This document shows, one piece after another, positions 47,868 to 57,146 of a stretch of 64,000 nucleotides of DNA. The notes under the pieces were generated by a model. That model was not told where the DNA came from. It saw only the letters and a list, made by a program, of their open reading frames with translations, and searched no databases. The stretch is from the IMG/VR virus record IMGVR_UViG_3300020154_000003, positions 1 through 64,000 of that record. The stretch is one strand, 5' to 3'. Numbering within the stretch: position 1 is the stretch's first letter; each line of letters begins with the position of its first letter. A program made the translations under genes and the position numbers.

Positions 47868-48103
47868 AAGCAATAATTCACAAACCAACGGGTAGTTGGG
47901 TACAATTCGTAGGATTAGAAGTAGGTATTTCCGAACTACCACAGTTATTTCCAACTTCTTCATCTTTAGAAGGATTGGTAGAATACAATAAAGTCTTCAA
48001 TCACGAATTGGACATCACTGACCTTGAAATGATTGATGTGGTTATCGTCACGAAGAGTGAATACGATAGATTAAGGAGCAATTGCAGCCCAAGTTCCACC
48101 TAA
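47864..48103 (+). CDS. Hypothetical protein
   Basis: 79-aa ORF with ATGA overlap. Confidence 0.5.
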   Translation: MKAIIHKPTGSWVQFVGLEVGISELPQLFPTSSSLEGLVEYNKVFNHELDITDLEMIDVVIVTKSEYDRLRSNCSPSST

Positions 48104-51010
48104 TGCAACGTCAACCCATGATGTAGTTGATATAGCAACCAATGTCATCGTGTTTCCAATTGTATTACTGATCAAATATCCTGCTGGTTCAGTAACAATA
48201 CCGCCACTCCTAACAGTTTGACCTGTATTTCCTTTCACCCTCAAGTTTTGATTTGCAACAATATAGAAAGTATATGTCATACCAATATCACTACTAGTTA
48301 TTACTGGCAAGTTATATGTTTCCGTACCAGTAGCACCTGAGTTTGTAAATATTTTTCCAATGTCATTAAATGTTAAGGTTTTACCTAAAACGTTTTCAAC
48401 GATTCTCTTTTTAGGTTTATTTGCATATGCCTTATCAACTAATGAACGATCACTATAATTGTCTGCAAAATCATATGCATATTGAATGCCTGTAAATTGT
48501 AAAGGATCGCCTAATACAGAAATACTGTTTTCACTAAAATAAATAGAACTTTCGTTACCATTTGTTGCACTTAAGTACCCAATTGCAATAGAGGAACTAA
48601 ATCCAAAAACTGCACCACCATCTCGTGATACTGCAACACCATCACCCTCCCCAATATTCCAGTTTGTTGATCCTAAATTAATGTCGGTGTCCTGAGTTAT
48701 TGTTGTGATACCATTACTTTTCCAAAAACTATCTGATGTAATTGACTTAACTTTTCTACTTGATGCTTCATACACAAGAATTCTATCCGTAGACGACCCA
48801 CCTGTTGGTGTATTCCAAAGAACTAAGCTAGGAACTGCAACGTGATCCACATATGATGTGCCTGTTAATTTGATTCTGTTACCACCAATAATGGCAGCAC
48901 GAGTATTACCAACTGCAATATGGTGATCATCACCACCAAGAATTGCGGAATAGTCAGCAATAGCACCATGTCCTGTTTCCTGTGTCCCACTCGTTCTTGA
49001 AAAGTTGAATGAGGATATACCCGCTGCTAAAGTGTTTTTTATGTCAAAACCAGTACCTCCTGCGAATGAAGAATTTCCTGAAGCAACTGACCAAGTACCA
49101 ATTGCAGTTGAAGATTGTCCATAGGCTCTACTTTGAAAGTTTTGTGCGTGAGAGTAATTTCCAATTGCTTGAGTTCCTGAATTTTGTGCAAATGATAAAG
49201 TACCGATTGCTTTAGAATTGTTAAAAGCGGCTGACGAGGAACCAGATGCTGCTGAACCAGTCCCACTTGCAAATGAATCAGAACCAGCAGCTTTATTTGC
49301 TCTACCCAAAGTGGAGCCATATTCACCAGTTACTATATTTCCAAGTCCTGAAGAAAATGTATAATTATTTCTACTCTCATTTCCTCTACCAAAAATTGCA
49401 TTATAGTTTCCGACTGAAATTAAAGTAGAACCATATACAATGGACGTGTTTCCTGTAGTACCAACTAATGACCCGCCACCAAATGCATATGTGCCTTGAA
49501 CTTTAACGCTTGATCCCATTGCAGTTGAATTTGTTCCACCTGTAACTACATTATTCTCATCATGAATTTTAAATCTTCTATTATTTACATCATATACAAA
49601 TCTACTACTCCCTTCAAAACTGCTATTGTTTTTTAGTTGTATTGAACCTTGTTCACCTGTAGGTAGTTTGGCAGATAGGTCAACATATTTTTTAGTGGGT
49701 ATTAAAGTGTCTGCTGTTGATAATGGTTCGGAATTATAATGTAAACCAGTTTTACTGAAAATTATTCCCGATGTTGAATTGAATATATTTACAACACCAA
49801 CTCCGCTTGATGCAGTGATTCTACCAACTAAGAATGTACCACTACCAATATTACTTCCAGTGCCAACATATAAAACTCTATCAGAAGTTGTTGGATTACC
49901 ATTAACATAATTACTTATTGCTCCGGTATATTGATTTCGCATTATGTTTAAGTCGAATTTACTTATACCATCACTAATAGAAGTTCCGTATATGGTATTT
50001 GATTCACTATCATATATCGGTGCGTTGATGGCAGATAATTTAAATACATCACCACTATAATTTCCTGATGTGTTGGAATATCTTGTTCCGACATTAGTTA
50101 ATGTGTTTAATTTCCAATATCCACCCAAACTACCACTAACATGTGATAACCATAACTCATCTCCAATAGGTAGTAAATAACCAGCACCACTAATGGGGAT
50201 CACGTCACCAGTATAATTCCCTGAAGAAGCGTTATATAATACAACATTTGATTGGTCATCCATTCTAAATAATGCAGAAGTTGTTAAAAGCCACGTATAA
50301 CCATTCAAACTAACAACGTCTCTTCCATTATTTGTCAATGCAGCACCAGTATAATTACCTGAAGTTGAAGTATATCTTGTAACTACATTTGTTATTGTAT
50401 TAAATTTTATAAAACCTTGTGTGCTTGAACCAAACCAAATATGAATACCATCACTATCAACATTTGCAGATGTAAATGCGATGGCAGGTAATGTATCACC
50501 ACTGTAATTGGACGTTAAATTAGTATAGTCTACAGCAACGTTACTATCAATATTGAATTTAGTAAAACCGAATAATGAGCTGCTAGTAAGATATAGATGT
50601 CCATTTAAATATACACCAGTAATTAAATTATTTTGAATTAATCCTTCAGAATCATCATAATTTCCGCTAGTAGCATTATAAGTTATTGGAGTAAAAAATA
50701 GAAAATCTGCCTTCCATAATCCACCACCGAAAGTAATAAAAAATAAAGTAAAATCGTCTATAGGTATAATTTTTCTAACATTATTACTTGGTAAAAGGTC
50801 ACCATTCATGAAACTAAAAACAGATTCGAAACTGCTTCCTAATGATGTGGTGTCTATAGTATCATAAGCATTAGAAATGATGTCATCATTTTTAATACTT
50901 AATGTTTTACCTGTGTATGTTCCTAAATATGTTGAACCAGATAAATTTAATGCTTTATTATTTTCTTGAAAAAATTTACTATTTTCTAGCTGTTGTCTTG
51001 TTCTTAACAT
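48071..51010 (-). CDS. Tail fibre / adhesin-like virion protein with N-terminal repeat domain and YadA-head-like repeats
   Basis: Five YxxxSGNYxGD-type repeats, then 14-residue A.G..S.A.G repeats and AILGG..H repeats. Confidence 0.7.
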   Translation of the reverse strand: MLRTRQQLENSKFFQENNKALNLSGSTYLGTYTGKTLSIKNDDIISNAYDTIDTTSLGSSFESVFSFMNGDLLPSNNVRKIIPIDDFTLFFITFGGGLWKADFLFFTPITYNATSGNYDDSEGLIQNNLITGVYLNGHLYLTSSSLFGFTKFNIDSNVAVDYTNLTSNYSGDTLPAIAFTSANVDSDGIHIWFGSSTQGFIKFNTITNVVTRYTSTSGNYTGAALTNNGRDVVSLNGYTWLLTTSALFRMDDQSNVVLYNASSGNYTGDVIPISGAGYLLPIGDELWLSHVSGSLGGYWKLNTLTNVGTRYSNTSGNYSGDVFKLSAINAPIYDSESNTIYGTSISDGISKFDLNIMRNQYTGAISNYVNGNPTTSDRVLYVGTGSNIGSGTFLVGRITASSGVGVVNIFNSTSGIIFSKTGLHYNSEPLSTADTLIPTKKYVDLSAKLPTGEQGSIQLKNNSSFEGSSRFVYDVNNRRFKIHDENNVVTGGTNSTAMGSSVKVQGTYAFGGGSLVGTTGNTSIVYGSTLISVGNYNAIFGRGNESRNNYTFSSGLGNIVTGEYGSTLGRANKAAGSDSFASGTGSAASGSSSAAFNNSKAIGTLSFAQNSGTQAIGNYSHAQNFQSRAYGQSSTAIGTWSVASGNSSFAGGTGFDIKNTLAAGISSFNFSRTSGTQETGHGAIADYSAILGGDDHHIAVGNTRAAIIGGNRIKLTGTSYVDHVAVPSLVLWNTPTGGSSTDRILVYEASSRKVKSITSDSFWKSNGITTITQDTDINLGSTNWNIGEGDGVAVSRDGGAVFGFSSSIAIGYLSATNGNESSIYFSENSISVLGDPLQFTGIQYAYDFADNYSDRSLVDKAYANKPKKRIVENVLGKTLTFNDIGKIFTNSGATGTETYNLPVITSSDIGMTYTFYIVANQNLRVKGNTGQTVRSGGIVTEPAGYLISNTIGNTMTLVAISTTSWVDVALGGTWAAIAP

Positions 51011-51037
51011 TATATTTTAATTTAAATATTTTTCTTA

Positions 51038-53026
51038 TTATGAAATAAAACCTGAACCTATCCAATTAAAGCCGTTATAGACAAATAATAATGTACCATA
51101 ATTACTGTCTATTAATGCAGTGGAATTACCATTGATTGTTTTTCCATTACCATAAACGGTTATATTATTTGTAAATGCATTTCCCTTTGCATCCGATACA
51201 ACTATTTGTTGTCTGTCTTTAGGAGATGCTGGCAAGTATATATTACCTGCGGTGCTCCCGGAGTAATGTATGTAATGAGAATCTGTCGTTGCAGTGATGG
51301 AACTACTAGTAACCAAATCCAATCCAACCTGATTTGAAGATGAACCTCCCGTAATGTCTGAAACGTATGCTAATGTTTTTATTTCTGTTCCAGTTGAAAC
51401 ACGGAAGACCCCATCTGTCGTATTATACCAAATATCACCACCAATTGTCGCAGCAATACCTATATCGGAAGTTATTCTACCAACGTTTAAACCCACAACA
51501 CCATCACCACCCTGTTTTCTAGGACTAAACATATGTCTACCAAAACTATAAGTCTTAGCTTCCAAAACATAATTTTTGTTAACTAGTGCTTGACCACTAC
51601 TTCCAGTTGTGATGGTTCCAGTAAATAGAATTGGAGCATCAGTTCCGATTCCTGAATCGTTGAACTTCAAAGTATTTCCATTTGGGGCTTTAATATTAAA
51701 TTCATTAGCCCAACTTTCTATTTTAAGTCCGTACCAACTTGTACCTGTGTTTGCGTAAATACCAACAATACCATCTGTCTTAGCACGTATACCTGCATCG
51801 ACTTCACTACTTCCATCATTTAGGAAAATTAAACTTCCGAATGTATTTTCAACCGTTACGTCAGAACTCAAAGAAGTACTACCCGTTGTTTTCCAAAAAC
51901 TCCCCACACTGCCAATTGTCGAAGCTTGTCTGATCTCAATTTCACCCGTACTAGGGTTTCTAACAAGGACATTATCGTTTGAATTGTTTGTTACAGTTGT
52001 TGCACCAGTACCTAAACCGAATCTAATTTTAGGGAAGTGTGCAGTATACTGTACTCCTGAACCAACCTTTATCCCTCTACCACCAAGGATTGCTGACCAA
52101 GGAGCATTGGCCGGTATATTATGATCTTGTCCACCAAGAATTGCTGTACGAGCACCTAACGCACCATGTCCTAGAGTTTGAAACGTAGTGTTGACGGAGA
52201 AATTAAATGAAGCTTCACCAGATGCTTTAATTCTTTTGTCGAAACCAGTACCGACACTACCCCAACCACCAGCAAAAGATTTATTACCGGATGCTAAAGT
52301 CTGCATCCCCATAGCGAATGATTGAGCACCACTGGCTTGTGAGAAAAAACCACAAGCGAATGATGTCTGACCGTTTGCAATAGAACTACCACCAAAGGCA
52401 GTTCCGAAATTGGTTGCATATGATTTATTACCAAAACTTATTGAAAACAAACCTCTTGCTGTATTAGTAACTATTTTAAAAGGATATGTTCCAGTTGCAC
52501 CAGTAAATATATTATTACCAGTACTAATAATTGCACCACCAGCTAAAAGCTGTCTCTCTGAGAACACTTCCAGTATTGTTGCTTGAGTAGCCGATTGAAA
52601 TGATGATAAATCAATTCTATATGAAACGTTATTGGAGTCAACAACATGCATTGAATACCAATATGATAAACCAAGACCTGTTGTCGCATCAAGAAAATTA
52701 GTACCATTACCAAGGACTGTTGCAGAACCATTAGTTAAAGTAACAAGACCTTCACCAACAATATCGACATTTGATTTTATGGCTCGTACTGCATCATTAT
52801 GTTCTGTAGCTTTGATTAGTCCTACATAATCATTTAACCCTGCTTGGCTAACTATTTTTGTCGTGCCAGTACCGCCAGTCTGTACAATTTGATCATACAT
52901 AACGGCACTATCCACTAAATCATTTATAAGGTTGTAAACCCTAGTCTTCGTATTTCTACCTTTTCTGGTTTCATTACGTAGTATAAGTGCATTTTCTTTT
53001 TGTTGTTCTCTACTAGTTTGGCTCAT
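51038..53026 (-). CDS. Tail fibre protein with YadA-head-like repeats
   Basis: ASGAQSFAMG-type repeats, AILGG..H repeats, C-terminal fibre-tip-like domain. Confidence 0.7.
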   Translation of the reverse strand: MSQTSREQQKENALILRNETRKGRNTKTRVYNLINDLVDSAVMYDQIVQTGGTGTTKIVSQAGLNDYVGLIKATEHNDAVRAIKSNVDIVGEGLVTLTNGSATVLGNGTNFLDATTGLGLSYWYSMHVVDSNNVSYRIDLSSFQSATQATILEVFSERQLLAGGAIISTGNNIFTGATGTYPFKIVTNTARGLFSISFGNKSYATNFGTAFGGSSIANGQTSFACGFFSQASGAQSFAMGMQTLASGNKSFAGGWGSVGTGFDKRIKASGEASFNFSVNTTFQTLGHGALGARTAILGGQDHNIPANAPWSAILGGRGIKVGSGVQYTAHFPKIRFGLGTGATTVTNNSNDNVLVRNPSTGEIEIRQASTIGSVGSFWKTTGSTSLSSDVTVENTFGSLIFLNDGSSEVDAGIRAKTDGIVGIYANTGTSWYGLKIESWANEFNIKAPNGNTLKFNDSGIGTDAPILFTGTITTGSSGQALVNKNYVLEAKTYSFGRHMFSPRKQGGDGVVGLNVGRITSDIGIAATIGGDIWYNTTDGVFRVSTGTEIKTLAYVSDITGGSSSNQVGLDLVTSSSITATTDSHYIHYSGSTAGNIYLPASPKDRQQIVVSDAKGNAFTNNITVYGNGKTINGNSTALIDSNYGTLLFVYNGFNWIGSGFIS

Positions 53027-53028
53027 TC

Positions 53029-53880
53029 TTAACTGAAGGTTTCATCAAATGTCGAGTCGAACGTATTTCCACCTGTGGCTTTAGTTTGGTTGACATCTAA
53101 TTTCATATTATTTTTACTTACTGCAAGACCAACTGATAATTTTGGTACTCTTGAAGTTTTAACTATTTCAAAGTTTTTTTCATTTTGTACAAAAGCAAGC
53201 ACCTTCAACTGGTATACATTAACGTACATTCTATCTCCCTTAATATCCTGAATGTGTTCTTCCTCTAATGTATCACAATGAATTGCGAAAGGATTACCTT
53301 TAATCCAGCAATATGATTGTCTGCTTGAAAAAATATCCAATACTAATTCATCAAGAAGATTCATGTCGTTCTGATATTTTGAGAATAAGCGAACTTCGTA
53401 TGTCATATCGACTGAAGTTGGTTGTGGTACTTTAAATCTAAGATTAACTACTTGTCCATCATCAAAGATGGGAACATCTAAATATGTGAATCTTTTATGT
53501 TGGGCAACCGTATATTTCTTATTACCCATTCTCGTCCCAAACTCCCTTTTAATTCTTCTAACCGTCATGTACGGGGTGAGAACGTTTTGATCATTATCAG
53601 TGAATTGCCATGTTTTTGCGAATTCACCCCATCTTTCCTTTGTCAAATAAAATACTGGAACGTCTTTTCCATCAAGTATTAATTTCATATCTTTGTTTTT
53701 GACAAAATCAAACATTGCAGCATCTATATCCCTAAGTTTGATAGTTCTTGGTAAATAGTTTGTCTTTTGATTGGTTTTGAGCATAAGTTCCTCAATACGG
53801 TCTAAACCGTATTTTAAGTACTCATTTCCTACTTTTATAGGGTTCAAAACCAGATCAATCTTCTTTTTTGGAAGTGCCAT
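53029..53880 (-). CDS. Tail completion / sheath stabiliser protein (T4 gp15-like)
   Basis: Position among tail genes; TPYMTVRR, P.SVDMTYEV pattern; late motif at 53893-53900. Confidence 0.6.
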   Translation of the reverse strand: MALPKKKIDLVLNPIKVGNEYLKYGLDRIEELMLKTNQKTNYLPRTIKLRDIDAAMFDFVKNKDMKLILDGKDVPVFYLTKERWGEFAKTWQFTDNDQNVLTPYMTVRRIKREFGTRMGNKKYTVAQHKRFTYLDVPIFDDGQVVNLRFKVPQPTSVDMTYEVRLFSKYQNDMNLLDELVLDIFSSRQSYCWIKGNPFAIHCDTLEEEHIQDIKGDRMYVNVYQLKVLAFVQNEKNFEIVKTSRVPKLSVGLAVSKNNMKLDVNQTKATGGNTFDSTFDETFS

Positions 53881-53908
53881 GATAATTTTATTATAAATAC
53901 GAATAGAT

Positions 53909-54262
53909 ATGATATTAGAAAGAAAAGAAACAAAGAAGGATAATGGAGATATTGTGATTGAGGGGTATTATGATTCGAGCAATATAATCAAAACAATGTA
54001 CGTCCCAAGTCAAAACCACTTATTCATTTTTTTCAAGAATAAGCATGTTTATTCTTATTCCGGGATCGATAAGCAATTGTTTGAAAATTTTGAAAAGGCT
54101 GAGTCCCAAGGAAAATTTTTCATCAGTGAAATCAGGAATAAGTCCAAGGAATACAATTATTTCCGCGAGTATAAATTGTATGATTTTGAGCAGCAGGACA
54201 TTATGGATATTATCGAACAGTTGAAGTCTACCGAAAAGCCAGAGAATAAGAACATTTTATAG
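53909..54262 (+). CDS. KTSC domain protein
   Basis: SSNIIKTMY....LFIFFKN..VYSY.......FEKAESQGKFF...IR. Confidence 0.8.
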   Translation: MILERKETKKDNGDIVIEGYYDSSNIIKTMYVPSQNHLFIFFKNKHVYSYSGIDKQLFENFEKAESQGKFFISEIRNKSKEYNYFREYKLYDFEQQDIMDIIEQLKSTEKPENKNIL

Positions 54263-54298
54263 AAATCTGCGTATAAGTGGGTAAATAGGAAGATTTTT

Positions 54299-54667
54299 AT
54301 GGAAAGTACTATAAAGAAAAGTATCTTAATTAAGGAATTCAAACATCAAATAAAAAACAAAAAAACTGTAGATTTACGCAAACTCGATAAGTCCTTTTTT
54401 GCAATAGTAAACAGGGTTTATAGGAATAAGCCACTTGATCTGAAGTTTCACATTACCAAAAGCAATACCATCGCATTTAACATTGAATACCCGGACGATA
54501 AGAACGTGTATTTGGAGCATTTCATAGATAAAACTCCGAACACGTTACTGTCATTCAGTATGAGAAACGATAATTTCGATACCCAAGATGATTTATTTCA
54601 TGGGGATTTGGACATTGCACTGGATAAAATTGATCAAAATTTAGTAAGAAGGAATGTCCCAAATTAA
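54299..54667 (+). CDS. Hypothetical protein
   Basis: 122-aa ORF in the plus-strand accessory run. Confidence 0.55.
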   Translation: MESTIKKSILIKEFKHQIKNKKTVDLRKLDKSFFAIVNRVYRNKPLDLKFHITKSNTIAFNIEYPDDKNVYLEHFIDKTPNTLLSFSMRNDNFDTQDDLFHGDLDIALDKIDQNLVRRNVPN

Positions 54668-54926
54668 AGAAAATATTAATTCGCTCTTGTTGAAATGTGC
54701 CGAATTTTATTCGGATGAAAGTAACTACGAGAAAAAACTAGCAAACAATCAAAGCCAAATTGATCTGGATAAGGGTTTCGTTGCAAAAGAGACTATTAAA
54801 ATGGTTAAGCTTTTAATGGAACAGGAAGAGAAATTTGATCAACTTGCCAGCCAGCTAGAGGAAGATGGTTCCCCTGAAGATTTGTTGAAGCAAATTGAAG
54901 ACATAACAAGTAAATATGGGAGGTAA
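54654..54926 (+). CDS. Hypothetical protein
   Basis: 90-aa helical ORF overlapping its neighbours. Confidence 0.55.
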   Translation: MSQIKENINSLLLKCAEFYSDESNYEKKLANNQSQIDLDKGFVAKETIKMVKLLMEQEEKFDQLASQLEEDGSPEDLLKQIEDITSKYGR

Positions 54927-55932
54927 TTTATTTAAGGTCGGTAGAGTTTCAAAGGAACGGTATCTCGAAATTGTCGCTTCGTTACAACCCTTCCTTGATA
55001 AGCATTTTACTGAAAAGGATTTAGGAGGTGAATTTAAGCAGCACTATCGAATTCCTTCTGCTTATCGCAGCAAGCCTGACTATGGGGATGTAGACGTTAT
55101 TTTGAATGCAACCTACCTTCAAAACCGAGAATGGGTTGAACCCTTAATTAAGGATTTAGGTATAACGAAGGTAAAAAAGGTTGGAAATGTTGTCTCGACC
55201 TTGTATATGGATTTTCAGGTTGATTTCTTTACTGTTGGTCAAGGAAGATTTGAGTCCACATACACATTTATGAGTTACAACATCCTTGGTAATCTGTTGG
55301 GTAGAATCTTTCATAAGTTCAATTTGAAGTATGGTCAGGATGGATTGCACTATGTTCTTCGCGGTTTTAATAACCATATCTCAAAACAAATCGTACTCAC
55401 TAGAGACATTAAACAATCGCTCGAATTTCTTGAACTTGATTATGTAAGATGGGTTCAAGGGTTTGACACACTTGAAGAGATTTTTGAATATGTAATATCC
55501 TGCAAGTACTTCTGTTCTAATTCTTACTTGAACGACTATTTCAACGTAAGAAAAAGAGCAACGGAACGGCCAGACTTCAACAAATTTTTGGATTACCTTC
55601 ACGAGCGAAACATTAATAAGAATTATCCTTTCCTAAAGGATAAATCAGTATACGTTCCGATGATAGAATCCTATTTTCCTGAGAGTAAATTATGCAGGCG
55701 AGTTAATGAACATCAGGCACTGCAAATCAAACTCGAAAAAATATCCGAGAAATTTAACGGCAGGATTGTGATGTCCTTACTTAATTATGAGGGTGAAGTA
55801 TTGGGTAGATTCATCGGTATGTTCAAAGCTTTCTATGGTAAGAGGTTTGACGATCTTATTCTTAATTCAACACAAGAAGCCATCAATGACGCAATAGTAA
55901 ATTTTAATGAACAATATTTCTTCGCAAAATGA
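54916..55932 (+). CDS. DNA polymerase X / pol-beta-like nucleotidyltransferase
   Basis: YGDVDVIL (G-D-x-D), QVDF third Asp, GNLLGRIFHKFNLKYGQDGL thumb-like segment. Confidence 0.65.
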   Translation: MGGNLFKVGRVSKERYLEIVASLQPFLDKHFTEKDLGGEFKQHYRIPSAYRSKPDYGDVDVILNATYLQNREWVEPLIKDLGITKVKKVGNVVSTLYMDFQVDFFTVGQGRFESTYTFMSYNILGNLLGRIFHKFNLKYGQDGLHYVLRGFNNHISKQIVLTRDIKQSLEFLELDYVRWVQGFDTLEEIFEYVISCKYFCSNSYLNDYFNVRKRATERPDFNKFLDYLHERNINKNYPFLKDKSVYVPMIESYFPESKLCRRVNEHQALQIKLEKISEKFNGRIVMSLLNYEGEVLGRFIGMFKAFYGKRFDDLILNSTQEAINDAIVNFNEQYFFAK

Positions 55933-56381
55933 AAACCATGACAGTATCACATCTTATCTTAATTGGAACATTACTCATTGTAACGGCAATTGCAATTATC
56001 GCAATCAGAACCCTTAAAGAAAAACTAAGAAGGGCTGAATTGACGAATGAATGGTATTCTAATAAGTATCTTCGTAAAGCAGGATACACCGCATTGTGGA
56101 GCGGTAGCGATGGTCTGAATTATGATCTTCGTTCCTTCGATGGAGGCAAAACATGGTATGCCATTGATCATAAAAGTACAATAGATTTCGATAAGGTGGT
56201 TATTTTGGGGAAGGCTGAAGAGGTGTATCCGGGCCTCATTGAATCGATGGAGGCAGTCGATAGACTAGTTGACTATGCAAAAAAGAATGGGCCTATTGGC
56301 TCCAAAATGACTCCAGAACTAGAAACCTTAATTGAGGATGTGAATGAGTCTGAATCATTACTTAAATTTGAGAAAAAGTAA
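55929..56381 (+). CDS. Hypothetical membrane-anchored protein
   Basis: N-terminal hydrophobic helix LILIGTLLIVTAIAIIAI. Confidence 0.55.
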   Translation: MKTMTVSHLILIGTLLIVTAIAIIAIRTLKEKLRRAELTNEWYSNKYLRKAGYTALWSGSDGLNYDLRSFDGGKTWYAIDHKSTIDFDKVVILGKAEEVYPGLIESMEAVDRLVDYAKKNGPIGSKMTPELETLIEDVNESESLLKFEKK

Positions 56382-56411
56382 CATTTTTCAGTCTTTTCCG
56401 TATAAATTTGT

Positions 56412-56939
56412 ATGAAAGTGAGAACCATAACACATTATAACCCTGATTTAGTTGTAAAAGCAATCAAACTTGCAACGACAGGCCACATTGAAAGCAACCA
56501 TCGCTATGGTGATTTTTCGTATGTTGTTCATTTGGCACATGTCGTTGATGTTCTCTATCGATATATAGATTTGGTGCCAGTACAATCCAGACCAGATGTT
56601 ATTGCTGCAGGATGGTTACACGACAGCATTGAGGATGCTAGATTGTCCTACAATGACGTTAAAAAGGGGACAAACAAGAATGTTGCGGAAATGGTTAGAG
56701 CCGTTACCAACTATACCCGTGGACGTAACAGAATGGAACGGATGCCTGATTTCGTGTACGAAGATATTCGTAATACTGACGGTGCAACATTTCTTAAATT
56801 AGGTGATAGAATCGCCAATATCGAAAGTGGAGGTAAGAGTGAAATGTATAAAAAAGAACAACCTCACTTTAAGGAATTACTTTATAATGCTCAATATGAT
56901 GTAATGTTCGATTATATTGAAACGCTTTTTTTAGAATAA
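56412..56939 (+). CDS. HD-domain hydrolase of RelA/SpoT type (small alarmone hydrolase-like)
   Basis: H...HRY..SYVVHL..V, AAGWLHDSIED, LKLGDRIAN. Confidence 0.8.
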   Translation: MKVRTITHYNPDLVVKAIKLATTGHIESNHRYGDFSYVVHLAHVVDVLYRYIDLVPVQSRPDVIAAGWLHDSIEDARLSYNDVKKGTNKNVAEMVRAVTNYTRGRNRMERMPDFVYEDIRNTDGATFLKLGDRIANIESGGKSEMYKKEQPHFKELLYNAQYDVMFDYIETLFLE

Positions 56940-56947
56940 GAAATTGA

Positions 56948-57145
56948 ATGGATGAAAGTAAACCTGTAGAGGTAAATGAAAAAATAGAAAACGCTGATGT
57001 AATTTGTAACAATTGTACTTGCGAGTTTCAGGAAGAAAGAATCAAAAATCAAGCCCATGTTTTTAATTTAAAGCTGTTTAAAAAATGGCGATTTAGATCA
57101 AAGTGCGGGTTCATTTCTAAAGAGTATATAACCAAACTAAAATAA
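56948..57145 (+). CDS. Small hypothetical protein
   Basis: 65 aa with a CNNCTC motif. Confidence 0.45.
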   Translation: MDESKPVEVNEKIENADVICNNCTCEFQEERIKNQAHVFNLKLFKKWRFRSKCGFISKEYITKLK

Positions 57146-57146
57146 A

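Noticed and set aside
48071-53026. Diversity-generating retroelement acting on the fibres
   Set aside because: No reverse transcriptase in the window and no near-identical template/variable repeat pair differing at adenines; the fibre similarity is protein-level and diverged.
56403-56410. TAAATTTG as a host promoter for the HD gene
   Set aside because: No upstream TTG at the expected spacing, and it ends 1 nt before the ATG, leaving no room for a start site.
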